Origin: a virus
Lineage: Duplodnaviria; Caudoviricetes
Strand: one strand, 5' to 3'
Virus record (IMG/VR): IMGVR_UViG_3300014204_007706
Span: 7,584-71,583 of that record
Length of the DNA stretch: 64,000 nt
The notes below the pieces were generated by a model. That model worked only from the letters and a program-made list of their open reading frames with translations. It had not been told where the DNA came from and ran no database searches. A program made the position numbers and the translations under genes. Below, one piece after another: positions 29,963-37,909 of this stretch; the stretch's first letter is position 1; each line of letters begins with the position of its first letter.

Positions 29963-30687
29963 ACAGCCGTGAAATTTTGGACTTTATAGCCTCTAATTGG
30001 CAAGGACAATATATACCATCGGACATAAGTTACGCGACGGTACCTGACGCAGATCTTCCATTGATGCTTAACGATAAGATTATGGAGTGGTCACAGGGTG
30101 CTATGTCCGGCCCAGACATACTAGTTTTAACTCAGTGCTGCCAGAGTAAGGATTTAGTAGTCGAACTCGGCACAGGTCTTGGCGGTACCACAAAAATTTT
30201 AGCACATGTTGCCAAAGCAGTTATAACAGTTGATATTTTTGAAAAGTTTGATTTAATTGTTGATGATCTCCAAAGACAAAATTATCGTGCCTGGCGGGAG
30301 CGTTTCCCGCTAACTTACGCGGATTATAAAGCTAATGTATCCGCGTATTACCCAAATATATCGTCGGCTTGTGCACTGACATACGAATATGCTAATTATG
30401 CTGAAATGAAGGACTGCCAGGCAGACGTACTCTTTATTGATGCGGACCACTCTTATGTGGGAGTCAAAAAAGATTTTACTGCATGGTTTCCTAAGGTTAA
30501 GGACAACGGTATAATACTTTTTCACGATACGTTTATGCAACCAGGAGTCGCTCAGTTTTTATCTGAGCTTCCATCTAACTACGGTGGGTACCAACTCGTG
30601 CGATTATTTCCTGACGTTAATATGACAGGGAAAGAAGCCGAGCCAACATATGGATCCCTGACCGGATTCCAAAAAGTAAAGGAGTAA
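29959..30687 (+). CDS. Class I SAM-dependent methyltransferase (Methyltransf_24-like)
   Basis: VELGTGLGGTT, LFIDADHSY, GIILFHD; ATGA overlap start. Confidence 0.85.
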   Translation: MNSREILDFIASNWQGQYIPSDISYATVPDADLPLMLNDKIMEWSQGAMSGPDILVLTQCCQSKDLVVELGTGLGGTTKILAHVAKAVITVDIFEKFDLIVDDLQRQNYRAWRERFPLTYADYKANVSAYYPNISSACALTYEYANYAEMKDCQADVLFIDADHSYVGVKKDFTAWFPKVKDNGIILFHDTFMQPGVAQFLSELPSNYGGYQLVRLFPDVNMTGKEAEPTYGSLTGFQKVKE

Positions 30688-30689
30688 CA

Positions 30690-31628
30690 ATGAGAACTTC
30701 TAACGTCATACAAGAAATTGAACTTAATACTTCAAACATTTGTGGAGCGAGTTGCATCATATGTTCCAGAGCGCATGGAAACGGTAATATTCCATTTATG
30801 CCGCCGGAAATCTTTAACGAACTCGTTAAACAGTTGAAAGACGTAGATTTTAAAATGATACAAACGTCCGGTAATGGCGAAGCACTTTTAAACCCGCACC
30901 ATTTGGATTACATATCAACCATACGCAAGAATTGGCCGAGCATACCTATGTGGACGTACAACAACTTTTCTTTCATGACCAAAGATAAGGCGGAGCGTAT
31001 TGTTAACGAGCGCCTGTTTGACAGCGTCACTGTTCGCATAGACAGTTTGCACAAATGGATTTTTGAGAAGAACTCTAATTTAAACCAGGATATCGTCTTT
31101 GAAAACTTGAAGTACTTCTTAAGTATAAACAAGGACATACCCGTAGTACTGCTATATAACAATATAACGGAGTACTACGCAAAATGCCTGCGCGTTACAG
31201 GACACCGCCCGGCCCGGGATTACTTCTCCGATGCAGATCTGGCAAAGGTAACCAACGAAGAGCAGGACATACGTAATTACTTTCAGCCATTTTCTAAAGT
31301 ACCCCTGCGCATGAGTCATATGGGACACAGCTTATGGGGAGAACGTCACCACGCGCCGCTGAACCCTACGGCTCCTTGTCCTAAGTGGAACGTCATTAAC
31401 AACGTCACGTGGGTGTGTCCGAACGGTGACATAGACGTTTGCTGCTACGACGATACGCAGAGCCGGTTTGTGGCGGGCAATATTATGAAAGAGCATATTT
31501 TGGACATCTTCTATGGCCCAAAACGCGCAGAAATACTCGCCAATATAAAATCGCGGGCATACAAAGATTACCCGTGCACAAATCCCGTCTGTTGTTCTTT
31601 TGGAGACGGCGGAATGGAGCCAAAATAA
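30690..31628 (+). CDS. Radical SAM protein with SPASM/twitch domain
   Basis: CGASCIIC triad, GNGEAL, CPNGDIDVCC...AGNI...PCTNPVC. Confidence 0.85.
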   Translation: MRTSNVIQEIELNTSNICGASCIICSRAHGNGNIPFMPPEIFNELVKQLKDVDFKMIQTSGNGEALLNPHHLDYISTIRKNWPSIPMWTYNNFSFMTKDKAERIVNERLFDSVTVRIDSLHKWIFEKNSNLNQDIVFENLKYFLSINKDIPVVLLYNNITEYYAKCLRVTGHRPARDYFSDADLAKVTNEEQDIRNYFQPFSKVPLRMSHMGHSLWGERHHAPLNPTAPCPKWNVINNVTWVCPNGDIDVCCYDDTQSRFVAGNIMKEHILDIFYGPKRAEILANIKSRAYKDYPCTNPVCCSFGDGGMEPK

Positions 31629-32428
31629 TGAACATTGTAGCGTTGTGTAAGACATTTAGAGGAGAAGAATGGCTAAAGCCTATGTTTGATAGTATAGCAC
31701 CTTTTGTTAGCAAGGTGGTATTCGTTAACTCAGAAGTATCCTGGACGGGTATACGTGGGAACACATGCATTGCGGAGATAAATAAACTCATGGGTGACCC
31801 CGCGAAAGCGCAAAAAATTGTGTCTCTGACAAAAACTACCACTGACCAGGATGAACAGTGTACTTTTGGGTATGAGTATATTCGCCAGCATTTTCCATGC
31901 GACTACGTGCTACTTATAGATACGGACGAGATCTGGGACAACACAAACTTTAATAAGGCTTTGGAGTTTTTAAAAGCAAATCCTAATCATAACGTATATC
32001 GCTGCAGGTTGCACGCGTACGTAAAGTCACCATATTATCGCGTGGTTCCTCCAGACCCCCTATGTCCTGTTGTCTTTATAAAGCCCACCATTTCTAAGCT
32101 GGGTCTGCCAGCGCGTTGTTGCAGTCTTACACCCTATGTAATAATGCAGGATGTATATTACCACCATTACGTACACGTTCGAAAATCTTTTAATTTGGTT
32201 CTAGAAAAGATTATATCCTCGCATAACTCTGAGAATGACCAATATGCGGATATGGCCGAGTGGGTTCCTAATGTATGGAATAAACTCCCCAATGTTGAAA
32301 ATATTCATCCTGCTCTAGGACGCGCACACTTGTGGAAAAGTATAAAAATTATAACTGAGGCAGAATTACCTGAAGTACTACAAGACCCCACATTAGCAAT
32401 TGCGAATCAATTCAGGAGGAAGGTATGA
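31628..32428 (+). CDS. GT-A-fold glycosyltransferase-like protein
   Basis: YVLLIDTDEIW DxD motif; start moved to ATG 31628 (TAATG coupling). Confidence 0.65.
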   Translation: MNIVALCKTFRGEEWLKPMFDSIAPFVSKVVFVNSEVSWTGIRGNTCIAEINKLMGDPAKAQKIVSLTKTTTDQDEQCTFGYEYIRQHFPCDYVLLIDTDEIWDNTNFNKALEFLKANPNHNVYRCRLHAYVKSPYYRVVPPDPLCPVVFIKPTISKLGLPARCCSLTPYVIMQDVYYHHYVHVRKSFNLVLEKIISSHNSENDQYADMAEWVPNVWNKLPNVENIHPALGRAHLWKSIKIITEAELPEVLQDPTLAIANQFRRKV

Positions 32429-33441
32429 GTCCGCAATTAACAACACGTTTTGTAATTGATCCCATACGGCTTTGTAACCTAAAGTGTAAATTTTGTTACC
32501 ACTTGCACTCGCATAGCACTTGGAAGGATTACACATGGCCGTTAGACAAAGCAAAAGCCTGGATTGACGCTGGCGTGGCACGAGGCAACAACTATATGGA
32601 TATTACCGGAGGAGAACCTACGATATATCCATACATTGAAGAAATAGTGGCGTATGCAAAATCCAAGGGAGTTTTATCATGTATAATCACAAACGGTATC
32701 GTAACTAGAAGTAAGGCTGAGTCAATACTAAACGCGGGATTGGACGGATGGTTGATCTCCCGGCACGGATTGAAGGACACGCATAACAATGTCACAAATT
32801 TTTCTCAGGCCTATGATAGGCAGCTGGAATTTCTGGAGTTCATAAAGGGCAAAGCGCAAATCCGTTTTAACTGTGTCATTCATAAATTTAATGAGTTGGA
32901 GTTAGACAAGATCGCGGATGAACTGCGCCCATATTGTCCGGAGATTGTAAACTTCATAAACATGAATCCACATACTGACTGGATATCCCAATCTTTAGCT
33001 ACGAAAGACGTAATCGCAAATCTTAACACAGTAGAGCCTTTGTTAAACGCTAGCATAGCGATTCTTGAAAAATCAGGCATTGGCGTTAACGTGAGATATT
33101 ACCCCATGTGTCGTATAGCTGAAGAATACCGTAGGTGCATTTGTAATGACCTTCAGGTGCTATTCGACCCCTATGAGTGGGATTACCAGATAGAACCTAA
33201 GACATTTCAGGCCTATGAAGCTTGGGGCAAGAATACGAGTAATTGTAATGAGGAAAAAGGCGACCCATGTAATCACTGCGACCTACAGAACATATGTGGT
33301 GGAGCAAACAAGCATTGGCACAAAGCAAGTAAGGATATCCATGGTGAAGTTCTTAAACCACAGCAGCTTCTCACTCAAGGCATAAAAGACTTTTACTACT
33401 ACAGACAACATAATACGCGGACGTTAAAGCCGCGGGTATGA
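32425..33441 (+). CDS. Radical SAM protein with C-terminal Cys cluster
   Basis: CNLKCKFC, ITGGEPT, C-terminal CNHCDLQNICGG. Confidence 0.88.
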   Translation: MSPQLTTRFVIDPIRLCNLKCKFCYHLHSHSTWKDYTWPLDKAKAWIDAGVARGNNYMDITGGEPTIYPYIEEIVAYAKSKGVLSCIITNGIVTRSKAESILNAGLDGWLISRHGLKDTHNNVTNFSQAYDRQLEFLEFIKGKAQIRFNCVIHKFNELELDKIADELRPYCPEIVNFINMNPHTDWISQSLATKDVIANLNTVEPLLNASIAILEKSGIGVNVRYYPMCRIAEEYRRCICNDLQVLFDPYEWDYQIEPKTFQAYEAWGKNTSNCNEEKGDPCNHCDLQNICGGANKHWHKASKDIHGEVLKPQQLLTQGIKDFYYYRQHNTRTLKPRV

Positions 33442-33442
33442 T

Positions 33443-34048
33443 ATGGACGCCATGGAGCGCACAGTGACACCCATTAATTTAGACTACAGAATAGATAATT
33501 ATGAGGACGCTTTTGATACTCCAGAAGTTCCTTTCCCTAAGGAGTTTCCAGGTCTAAAGCTTCCTCGAGGCATGCTTTCTGTAAAAGAACTTCGCATACT
33601 CACAAAGTATAGTGAAAATGGCGTATGCTTAGAGCTTGGTACGTTTAAGGGTAAGGGGACAACGATGTTATCCCAGCGAGCTAAAAAAGTTTATACTATA
33701 GACGCATATTTCGAAGAGTGCTCCTTAAAATGCGCCGAATACACATTTGAGGCATTAAAAAAGCGCTTCGAAGGTACCAACGTAGATGTTATTAAAGGTT
33801 ACACAGCAACTGTTGATATACATGATGAGTTTGATCTAGTTTTTATAGATGCAGGGCACTCATACGGCCAGGTGGCGGCAGATTTTGAGAAGTGGTTCCC
33901 CCAAGTTAAACCCGGTGGAGTCATTATATTTCATGATTACTACTATTTATACCCCGGTATTATTAAGTTCGTTCACGAAACTCTTGATAGCGGCCGAGTT
34001 GAAAAACTTGAGTTGTCTGATAGTTGTTTTGTTGTAAGAAAACTCTAA
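33443..34048 (+). CDS. Class I SAM-dependent methyltransferase (Methyltransf_24-like)
   Basis: LELGTFKGKGT, VFIDAGHSY, GGVIIFHDY. Confidence 0.85.
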   Translation: MDAMERTVTPINLDYRIDNYEDAFDTPEVPFPKEFPGLKLPRGMLSVKELRILTKYSENGVCLELGTFKGKGTTMLSQRAKKVYTIDAYFEECSLKCAEYTFEALKKRFEGTNVDVIKGYTATVDIHDEFDLVFIDAGHSYGQVAADFEKWFPQVKPGGVIIFHDYYYLYPGIIKFVHETLDSGRVEKLELSDSCFVVRKL

Positions 34049-34055
34049 ATCCTTC

Positions 34056-34084
34056 TTGACAAATGTAGTCCTTCCTGCTATACT
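34056..34084 (+). promoter_or_regulatory. Sigma-70-type promoter for the tRNA-Arg/RNase P transcript
   Basis: TTGACA-17nt-TATACT. Confidence 0.8.
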
Positions 34085-34095
34085 GTTTCCAATAA

Positions 34096-34171
34096 GCGCC
34101 TTTAGCCTAACGGATCAGGCGGCGGGCTACGGACTCGCAAAAGGTGGGTTCAACTCCTCCAAGGCGCGCCA
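34096..34171 (+). tRNA. tRNA-Arg(ACG)
   Basis: Acceptor GCGCCTT/AAGGCGC, anticodon arm GCGGG-CTACGGA-CTCGC, encoded CCA. Confidence 0.9.
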
Positions 34172-34212
34172 ATAACAATACTGAGGAGACTTATGGGCGT
34201 AAGAAGGTAATA

Positions 34213-34661
34213 AGGATATCCAAGCAAGTGCGGCTAAGCCAGCATAGTTAGTTACCGGGGAAGCGTAATCCTTAGGACAAATAACTAGCGTGTACGCAGT
34301 GTTGGCTTAGCCGAGGAAAATCCCGGCATATTGGGGCGCTGTACCGGAGTTAATTCCGGACGAGTAATCGATGAATAGGGGACAGAGACGAGGCGTAGCA
34401 AAGCTTTAGCTGAAAAATACGCAGCGTGAGTAGCTGCGTTAGGGCTTCCTCAACCCAAGGCTATAGTGAATCTGGTAGTGGGCAGTCCGCAGTTAAGAGC
34501 TAGGGCATATGAAACGGCCAGACCTGAGCTACTAAAATGAGACGACCAACCTCTACAGCATGCAAGACGAAATAGGCGGACTATGACGTGACCCCACCGA
34601 GTCCGCGGGTACGTCGCTTAGATTGATACTTGCATAAACAGAACCGGGTTTATGGATACCT
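34213..34661 (+). ncRNA. rnpB: RNase P RNA (bacterial type-A-like, extended P3, P18 absent)
   Basis: GAGGAAAATCCCGG (34313-26) pairs with ACAGAACCGGGTTTA (34638-52) as P4; P2 GCAAGT/ACTTGC; 14-bp P3; GCAAGACGAAATAGG, L15 GGT and P15 GACG/CGTC; P6 TGGGG/CCCCA. Confidence 0.9.
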
Positions 34662-34677
34662 GAAAATAAGGAATACT

Positions 34678-35037
34678 ATGGCAGCAAAATGTACGCTTTG
34701 TGGTAATGACGCAGAGTATGGAAACATGTGCGCTGAATGTATGCAGGGATTCAGTTCTGTGTCCTCTGTGCGAAAGGCGGAGATTATGAACGAAGACCTA
34801 AAAAAGAACGACACAAAGAAGCTGCAAAATTGTCTAAGCTGCGATAAGCTTACGACAGATAACAAAATTTGTAAGGCATGTGTCGCGGAATATCTCCCGA
34901 AGCTCAAGGAGTTTATTGATAAACATCCGGAACTGGATAACTATATGCGGGTTAATTTTCACAAGGAGCTGCCTATACCGCGCAGGGCCTTGTATGCTCT
35001 TGATCAGGCGGGATTGATTAAGATTCGAACTAAATAA
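34678..35037 (+). CDS. Double Zn-ribbon protein resembling YvyF-like HTH proteins
   Basis: CTLC/CAEC then NCLSCDK...ICKAC...LKEFIDKHP...GLIKIR; start moved to ATG 34678. Confidence 0.55.
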   Translation: MAAKCTLCGNDAEYGNMCAECMQGFSSVSSVRKAEIMNEDLKKNDTKKLQNCLSCDKLTTDNKICKACVAEYLPKLKEFIDKHPELDNYMRVNFHKELPIPRRALYALDQAGLIKIRTK

Positions 35038-35039
35038 GT

Positions 35040-35117
35040 GTTGGTTGTAGCTCAGTTGGTTAGAGCGCCAGGATGTGGCCCTGGAGGCCGCCGGTTCAAG
35101 TCCGGTCAGCCAACCCA
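35040..35117 (+). tRNA. tRNA-His(GTG)
   Basis: G-1 and C73, anticodon arm CCAGG-ATGTGGC-CCTGG, CCA. Confidence 0.92.
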
Positions 35118-35120
35118 AAT

Positions 35121-35195
35121 TCCCGCGTAGTTTATGTGGTAAAATGCATCCTTGGTAAGGATGAGAATCGGATTCAAACGCCGACGTGGGATCCA
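35121..35195 (+). tRNA. tRNA-Thr(GGT), atypical T-arm
   Basis: TCCCGCG/CGTGGGA; CATCC-TTGGTAA-GGATG; A53-G61 mismatch. Confidence 0.8.
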
Positions 35196-35200
35196 TAAGG

Positions 35201-35275
35201 GCCGCTTTGGTGTATGGAGTAACACGCGACTTTCGTAAAGTCGAGAACCGGATGCAAACGCCGGCAGCGGCTCCA
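35201..35275 (+). tRNA. tRNA-Thr(CGT), atypical T-arm
   Basis: CGACT-TTCGTAA-AGTCG; T-loop TGCAAAC; CCA. Confidence 0.78.
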
Positions 35276-35290
35276 ATATAAATTTACACG

Positions 35291-35330
35291 TGTATATAAG
35301 TTATAGTCACGTGACTATAAGTTATATACA
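35291..35330. repeat. 40-bp near-perfect loopless palindrome
   Basis: TGTATATAA-G-TTATAGTCACGTGACTATAA-G-TTATATACA. Confidence 0.85.
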
Positions 35331-35336
35331 GCAGAT

Positions 35337-35412
35337 TCCGGCGTATCTCAATTAGTAGAGAACCTGCCTTGTAAGCAGGGGGTTGTCGGTGCAAGTCCGA
35401 CCGCCGGATCCA
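35337..35412 (+). tRNA. tRNA-Thr(TGT)
   Basis: TCCGGCG/CGCCGGA; CCTGC-CTTGTAA-GCAGG; T-loop TGCAAGT. Confidence 0.88.
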
Positions 35413-35431
35413 AAATTTGAAAGGGGAATAT

Positions 35432-35596
35432 ATGACGCAGATTAAAACGAAAGTGGACGTGAAGGGATTTTACACAAAGGTTGTAATTCCAAAAGGTACC
35501 GTTCTTGACGTAAAGGAAAACCACGTTACAAGGTTCCTGGTGGAGTTTAAGAACAAGTACTGGTTTATTGATAAGCACCAAGCAGCAAAAATATAA
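35432..35596 (+). CDS. Small hypothetical protein (54 aa, not in ORF track)
   Basis: AAAGGGG RBS; MTQIKTKVDVKGFYTKVVIPKG...QAAKI. Confidence 0.55.
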   Translation: MTQIKTKVDVKGFYTKVVIPKGTVLDVKENHVTRFLVEFKNKYWFIDKHQAAKI

Positions 35597-35599
35597 GGT

Positions 35600-35676
35600 A
35601 GCGGGGTATAGCAGTGGTCTAGCTTTTTGGGCCCATACCCCAAAGGTCGCTGGTTCGAGTCCAGCCCCCGCCACCA
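35600..35676 (+). tRNA. Initiator tRNA-fMet(CAT)
   Basis: A1:C72 mismatch, three G-C pairs closing the anticodon stem (TTGGG/CCCAA), C33. Confidence 0.88.
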
Positions 35677-35701
35677 AATTTCTTTTGGTACCCATCTGTA
35701 A

Positions 35702-35717
35702 TTGTCGTATAATATAC
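35702..35717 (+). promoter_or_regulatory. Phage promoter-like motif TTGTCGTATAATATAC
   Basis: 21-bp identity (TTGTCGTATAATATACATGAG) with 40594. Confidence 0.7.
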
Positions 35718-35747
35718 ATGAGAACATCTTATTGAAAGGAGATACTC

Positions 35748-36311
35748 ATGACCCCATCAGAAATAGTAAATAGCTTAAATGTGTGGCACCCAGCATATGG
35801 GAAGTTAAAATTGCGGGGTGGTGGTACAGACCTCGGATATTTTGAATTTACCTTGGAGTCCGATCCGGACAAAAAAGTAAAGATCTACACACAGGATTTT
35901 GATAAGCTTACCAAAGAAAAACCTACTAACGACACCGCTGGAATGAAGTTTGACGGCGGAAAACTCCGCTTTGACCTCATACCCATGGAAGCTCTACAGG
36001 AAGAAATGAAAGTTCTTACCCACGGAGCGAATAAGTATGCCCCGAATAACTGGAAGCACGTTAAGGGCCGTATATGGCGTTATGTCGGCGCGGCCGGCCG
36101 GCATCTTATGACCTGGTTTATGGCTTACCTCGCATGGTGGGTTACAAAGGATGAAAAGTACCGCCTTCGTGGTAAAACAATAGATGACCTTTCAACGCTG
36201 GACTTCGATACAGGCATAAGCCATATGGCACATCTGGCATGTTGCGCACATTTTCTAACAGAGTGTGAACGGCACCCGGGAGACGACGAAATGGAAGGTT
36301 ACCAAGAATGA
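35748..36311 (+). CDS. dATP/dGTP diphosphohydrolase-domain protein (DUF5664-like)
   Basis: GMKFDGGKLRFDLIP...HGANKYAPNNW...AAGRHL...SHMAHLACC. Confidence 0.8.
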   Translation: MTPSEIVNSLNVWHPAYGKLKLRGGGTDLGYFEFTLESDPDKKVKIYTQDFDKLTKEKPTNDTAGMKFDGGKLRFDLIPMEALQEEMKVLTHGANKYAPNNWKHVKGRIWRYVGAAGRHLMTWFMAYLAWWVTKDEKYRLRGKTIDDLSTLDFDTGISHMAHLACCAHFLTECERHPGDDEMEGYQE

Positions 36312-36646
36312 GCCAAAAGAAGTGGAATAAATACGCTAGAGTATATTATCATAAACACAAAGCGGAGATAGCGGTCCGCCGAGCGGCGCGGTACTTGAAA
36401 GACTATGGTGAGCAAGCAGCGGCCAGGGAATTAATTCGCAAAGAGGTGTATGCTGTAGCAAAGGAGTTAAATAAAAAGCTAAAGGCGCTTCAAAAGCAGT
36501 ACGTCAAGGATAAGAAAGGCGCCTGGCAGACAGTTACGTTAGATGAACTTGGAGCCAGGAAAGATTACCTGGAAACAGTGTATGAGAACGGAAAGCTTGT
36601 TAAAGAGTATACATTTGATGAGGTAAGGAAGAACGCTGAAATATAG
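36308..36646 (+). CDS. Hypothetical protein with a NAMPT/NadV-like C-terminal remnant
   Basis: Ends DYLETVYENGKLVKEYTFDEVRKNAEI. Confidence 0.55.
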   Translation: MSQKKWNKYARVYYHKHKAEIAVRRAARYLKDYGEQAAARELIRKEVYAVAKELNKKLKALQKQYVKDKKGAWQTVTLDELGARKDYLETVYENGKLVKEYTFDEVRKNAEI

Positions 36647-36734
36647 TAGTTCGCTGGCCCCGGGTCCGTGCTGCTGAACCCCATTAGCGCGTGTCGAGCG
36701 GGCCCGGGGGCAACTACTTGAAAGGAGCAATAAA

Positions 36735-37130
36735 ATGAATGACATGAGGATGGGTTTAGACGTGCATGGAGTGATAGACAAAATGCCGGAATTCTTTTCG
36801 GCTATGTCAGAAGCAATGGTTAATTATGGCTTCCAGGTGCATATAATTACGGGGCACGCGTGGACCAAAGCGTTTGTTAAGGAACTTGAAGAACTGGGTT
36901 TCACAGAAGGACTTAACTATACACACCACTTTTCTGTTACAGACTACTATAGGGAAGAACCGGCAGCTAAGGTCAGGTTTGATGAAGATGGCAACCCCTG
37001 GATGGACAAAGAGATGTGGGACCGGGCTAAAGCTAAGTACTGCCTTGATAATGATATTGAGTTGCACATAGATGACTCTGACGCGTATGGTAAGTACTTC
37101 AAAACTCCATATGCCAGATTGACGAGGTGA
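36735..37130 (+). CDS. HAD-superfamily phosphatase-like protein
   Basis: MGLDVHGVID (motif I), IITG, LHIDDS (motif IV). Confidence 0.7.
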   Translation: MNDMRMGLDVHGVIDKMPEFFSAMSEAMVNYGFQVHIITGHAWTKAFVKELEELGFTEGLNYTHHFSVTDYYREEPAAKVRFDEDGNPWMDKEMWDRAKAKYCLDNDIELHIDDSDAYGKYFKTPYARLTR

Positions 37131-37133
37131 CGC

Positions 37134-37346
37134 ATGGAACCGATAGAAAAATCAGAAGCTTTACGCGCCGTAATAGCCAGATTGCCCATGGTTGAGTTTA
37201 CTCCGGGTTCGAACTTTAGGGAATTATTTGAAATATGTTATGAGAAATATACTTTGGATAATAGCCGAAGTTTTATGTTTTACTGGTTAGATGTTGAAGT
37301 CATGCTGATTGCCGGCGGAAAAATAGATCTAACTGTGTGGAGGTGA
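37134..37346 (+). CDS. Hypothetical protein
   Basis: 70-aa ORF with GAGGTG RBS. Confidence 0.55.
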   Translation: MEPIEKSEALRAVIARLPMVEFTPGSNFRELFEICYEKYTLDNSRSFMFYWLDVEVMLIAGGKIDLTVWR

Positions 37347-37349
37347 TCC

Positions 37350-37598
37350 ATGGGCAAAAAAGAAAGTTATACATGTGATATATGTGGAAAGCCTTGTACT
37401 TTAGACGACCACATAGATGACCTTCAGGTAATATTTACGACTGAACAGACAGAGGGACGCTCAGTTGAACCACACTTATGCAGCGTAGACCTATACGTGT
37501 GTGACGCATGTAAAGAGCATCTATTGGAAGGAAACTATCTGTTTGCATCCGGAGCCCAGGGACATAATACCTACCACTTCCCTAAGAAAAAGAAATGA
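37350..37598 (+). CDS. Small Zn-finger hypothetical protein
   Basis: CDICG and CDAC; GAGGTG RBS. Confidence 0.6.
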   Translation: MGKKESYTCDICGKPCTLDDHIDDLQVIFTTEQTEGRSVEPHLCSVDLYVCDACKEHLLEGNYLFASGAQGHNTYHFPKKKK

Positions 37599-37605
37599 GG
37601 TAGAC

Positions 37606-37866
37606 ATGCTTGACGGCGTTGAGGTTCTGGGAGGCATTGCCGCGGTACTTACTACCATTGAGGCAATACCACAAGTTATTAAATCTATACGTACGCGTAG
37701 TACCCGGGATATCTCTTTAGGATCCATTATGGTGGTTATATCCGGATTACTCTGCTGGACTGCCTATGGGGTAATAAAGAAAGACCTATGGATTGTTCTC
37801 TCTACAGGAATTGCCACGTTATTTTACATAACTTTACTTGTTGTGAAACTGGCATTTGAGAAATAA
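37606..37866 (+). CDS. SemiSWEET/PQ-loop (MtN3) membrane transporter
   Basis: Three hydrophobic helices, IPQVIKSIRTRSTRDIS, CWTAYG; start moved to ATG 37606. Confidence 0.85.
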   Translation: MLDGVEVLGGIAAVLTTIEAIPQVIKSIRTRSTRDISLGSIMVVISGLLCWTAYGVIKKDLWIVLSTGIATLFYITLLVVKLAFEK

Positions 37867-37871
37867 ACCCC

Positions 37872-37900
37872 TTGACAAATTACAGCCTTTCTGTTATAGT
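37872..37900 (+). promoter_or_regulatory. Sigma-70-type promoter
   Basis: TTGACA-17nt-TATAGT just upstream of tRNA-Leu. Confidence 0.75.
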
Positions 37901-37909
37901 ATGTCATAC

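Noticed and set aside
32425-33441. NrdG activase for the class III RNR
   Set aside because: Length, C-terminal Cys cluster and position inside the GT/MTase cassette fit a tailoring radical SAM better than NrdG
34213-34661. Group I intron reading (GGCAGTCCGCAG resembles the Q element)
   Set aside because: No convincing P7/R-S pairing or interrupted host gene; RNase P helices P1-P6 and P15 fit with covariation
34630-34677. RVYGY in the N-terminal extension of ORF 34630 as the missing NrdD glycyl-radical motif
   Set aside because: These codons are the P4/P1 3' strand of the RNase P RNA; the real start is ATG 34678
37660-37686. IPQVIK of the SemiSWEET as another PQxIxK motif copy
   Set aside because: It is the family-defining PQ-loop and the Lys spacing differs
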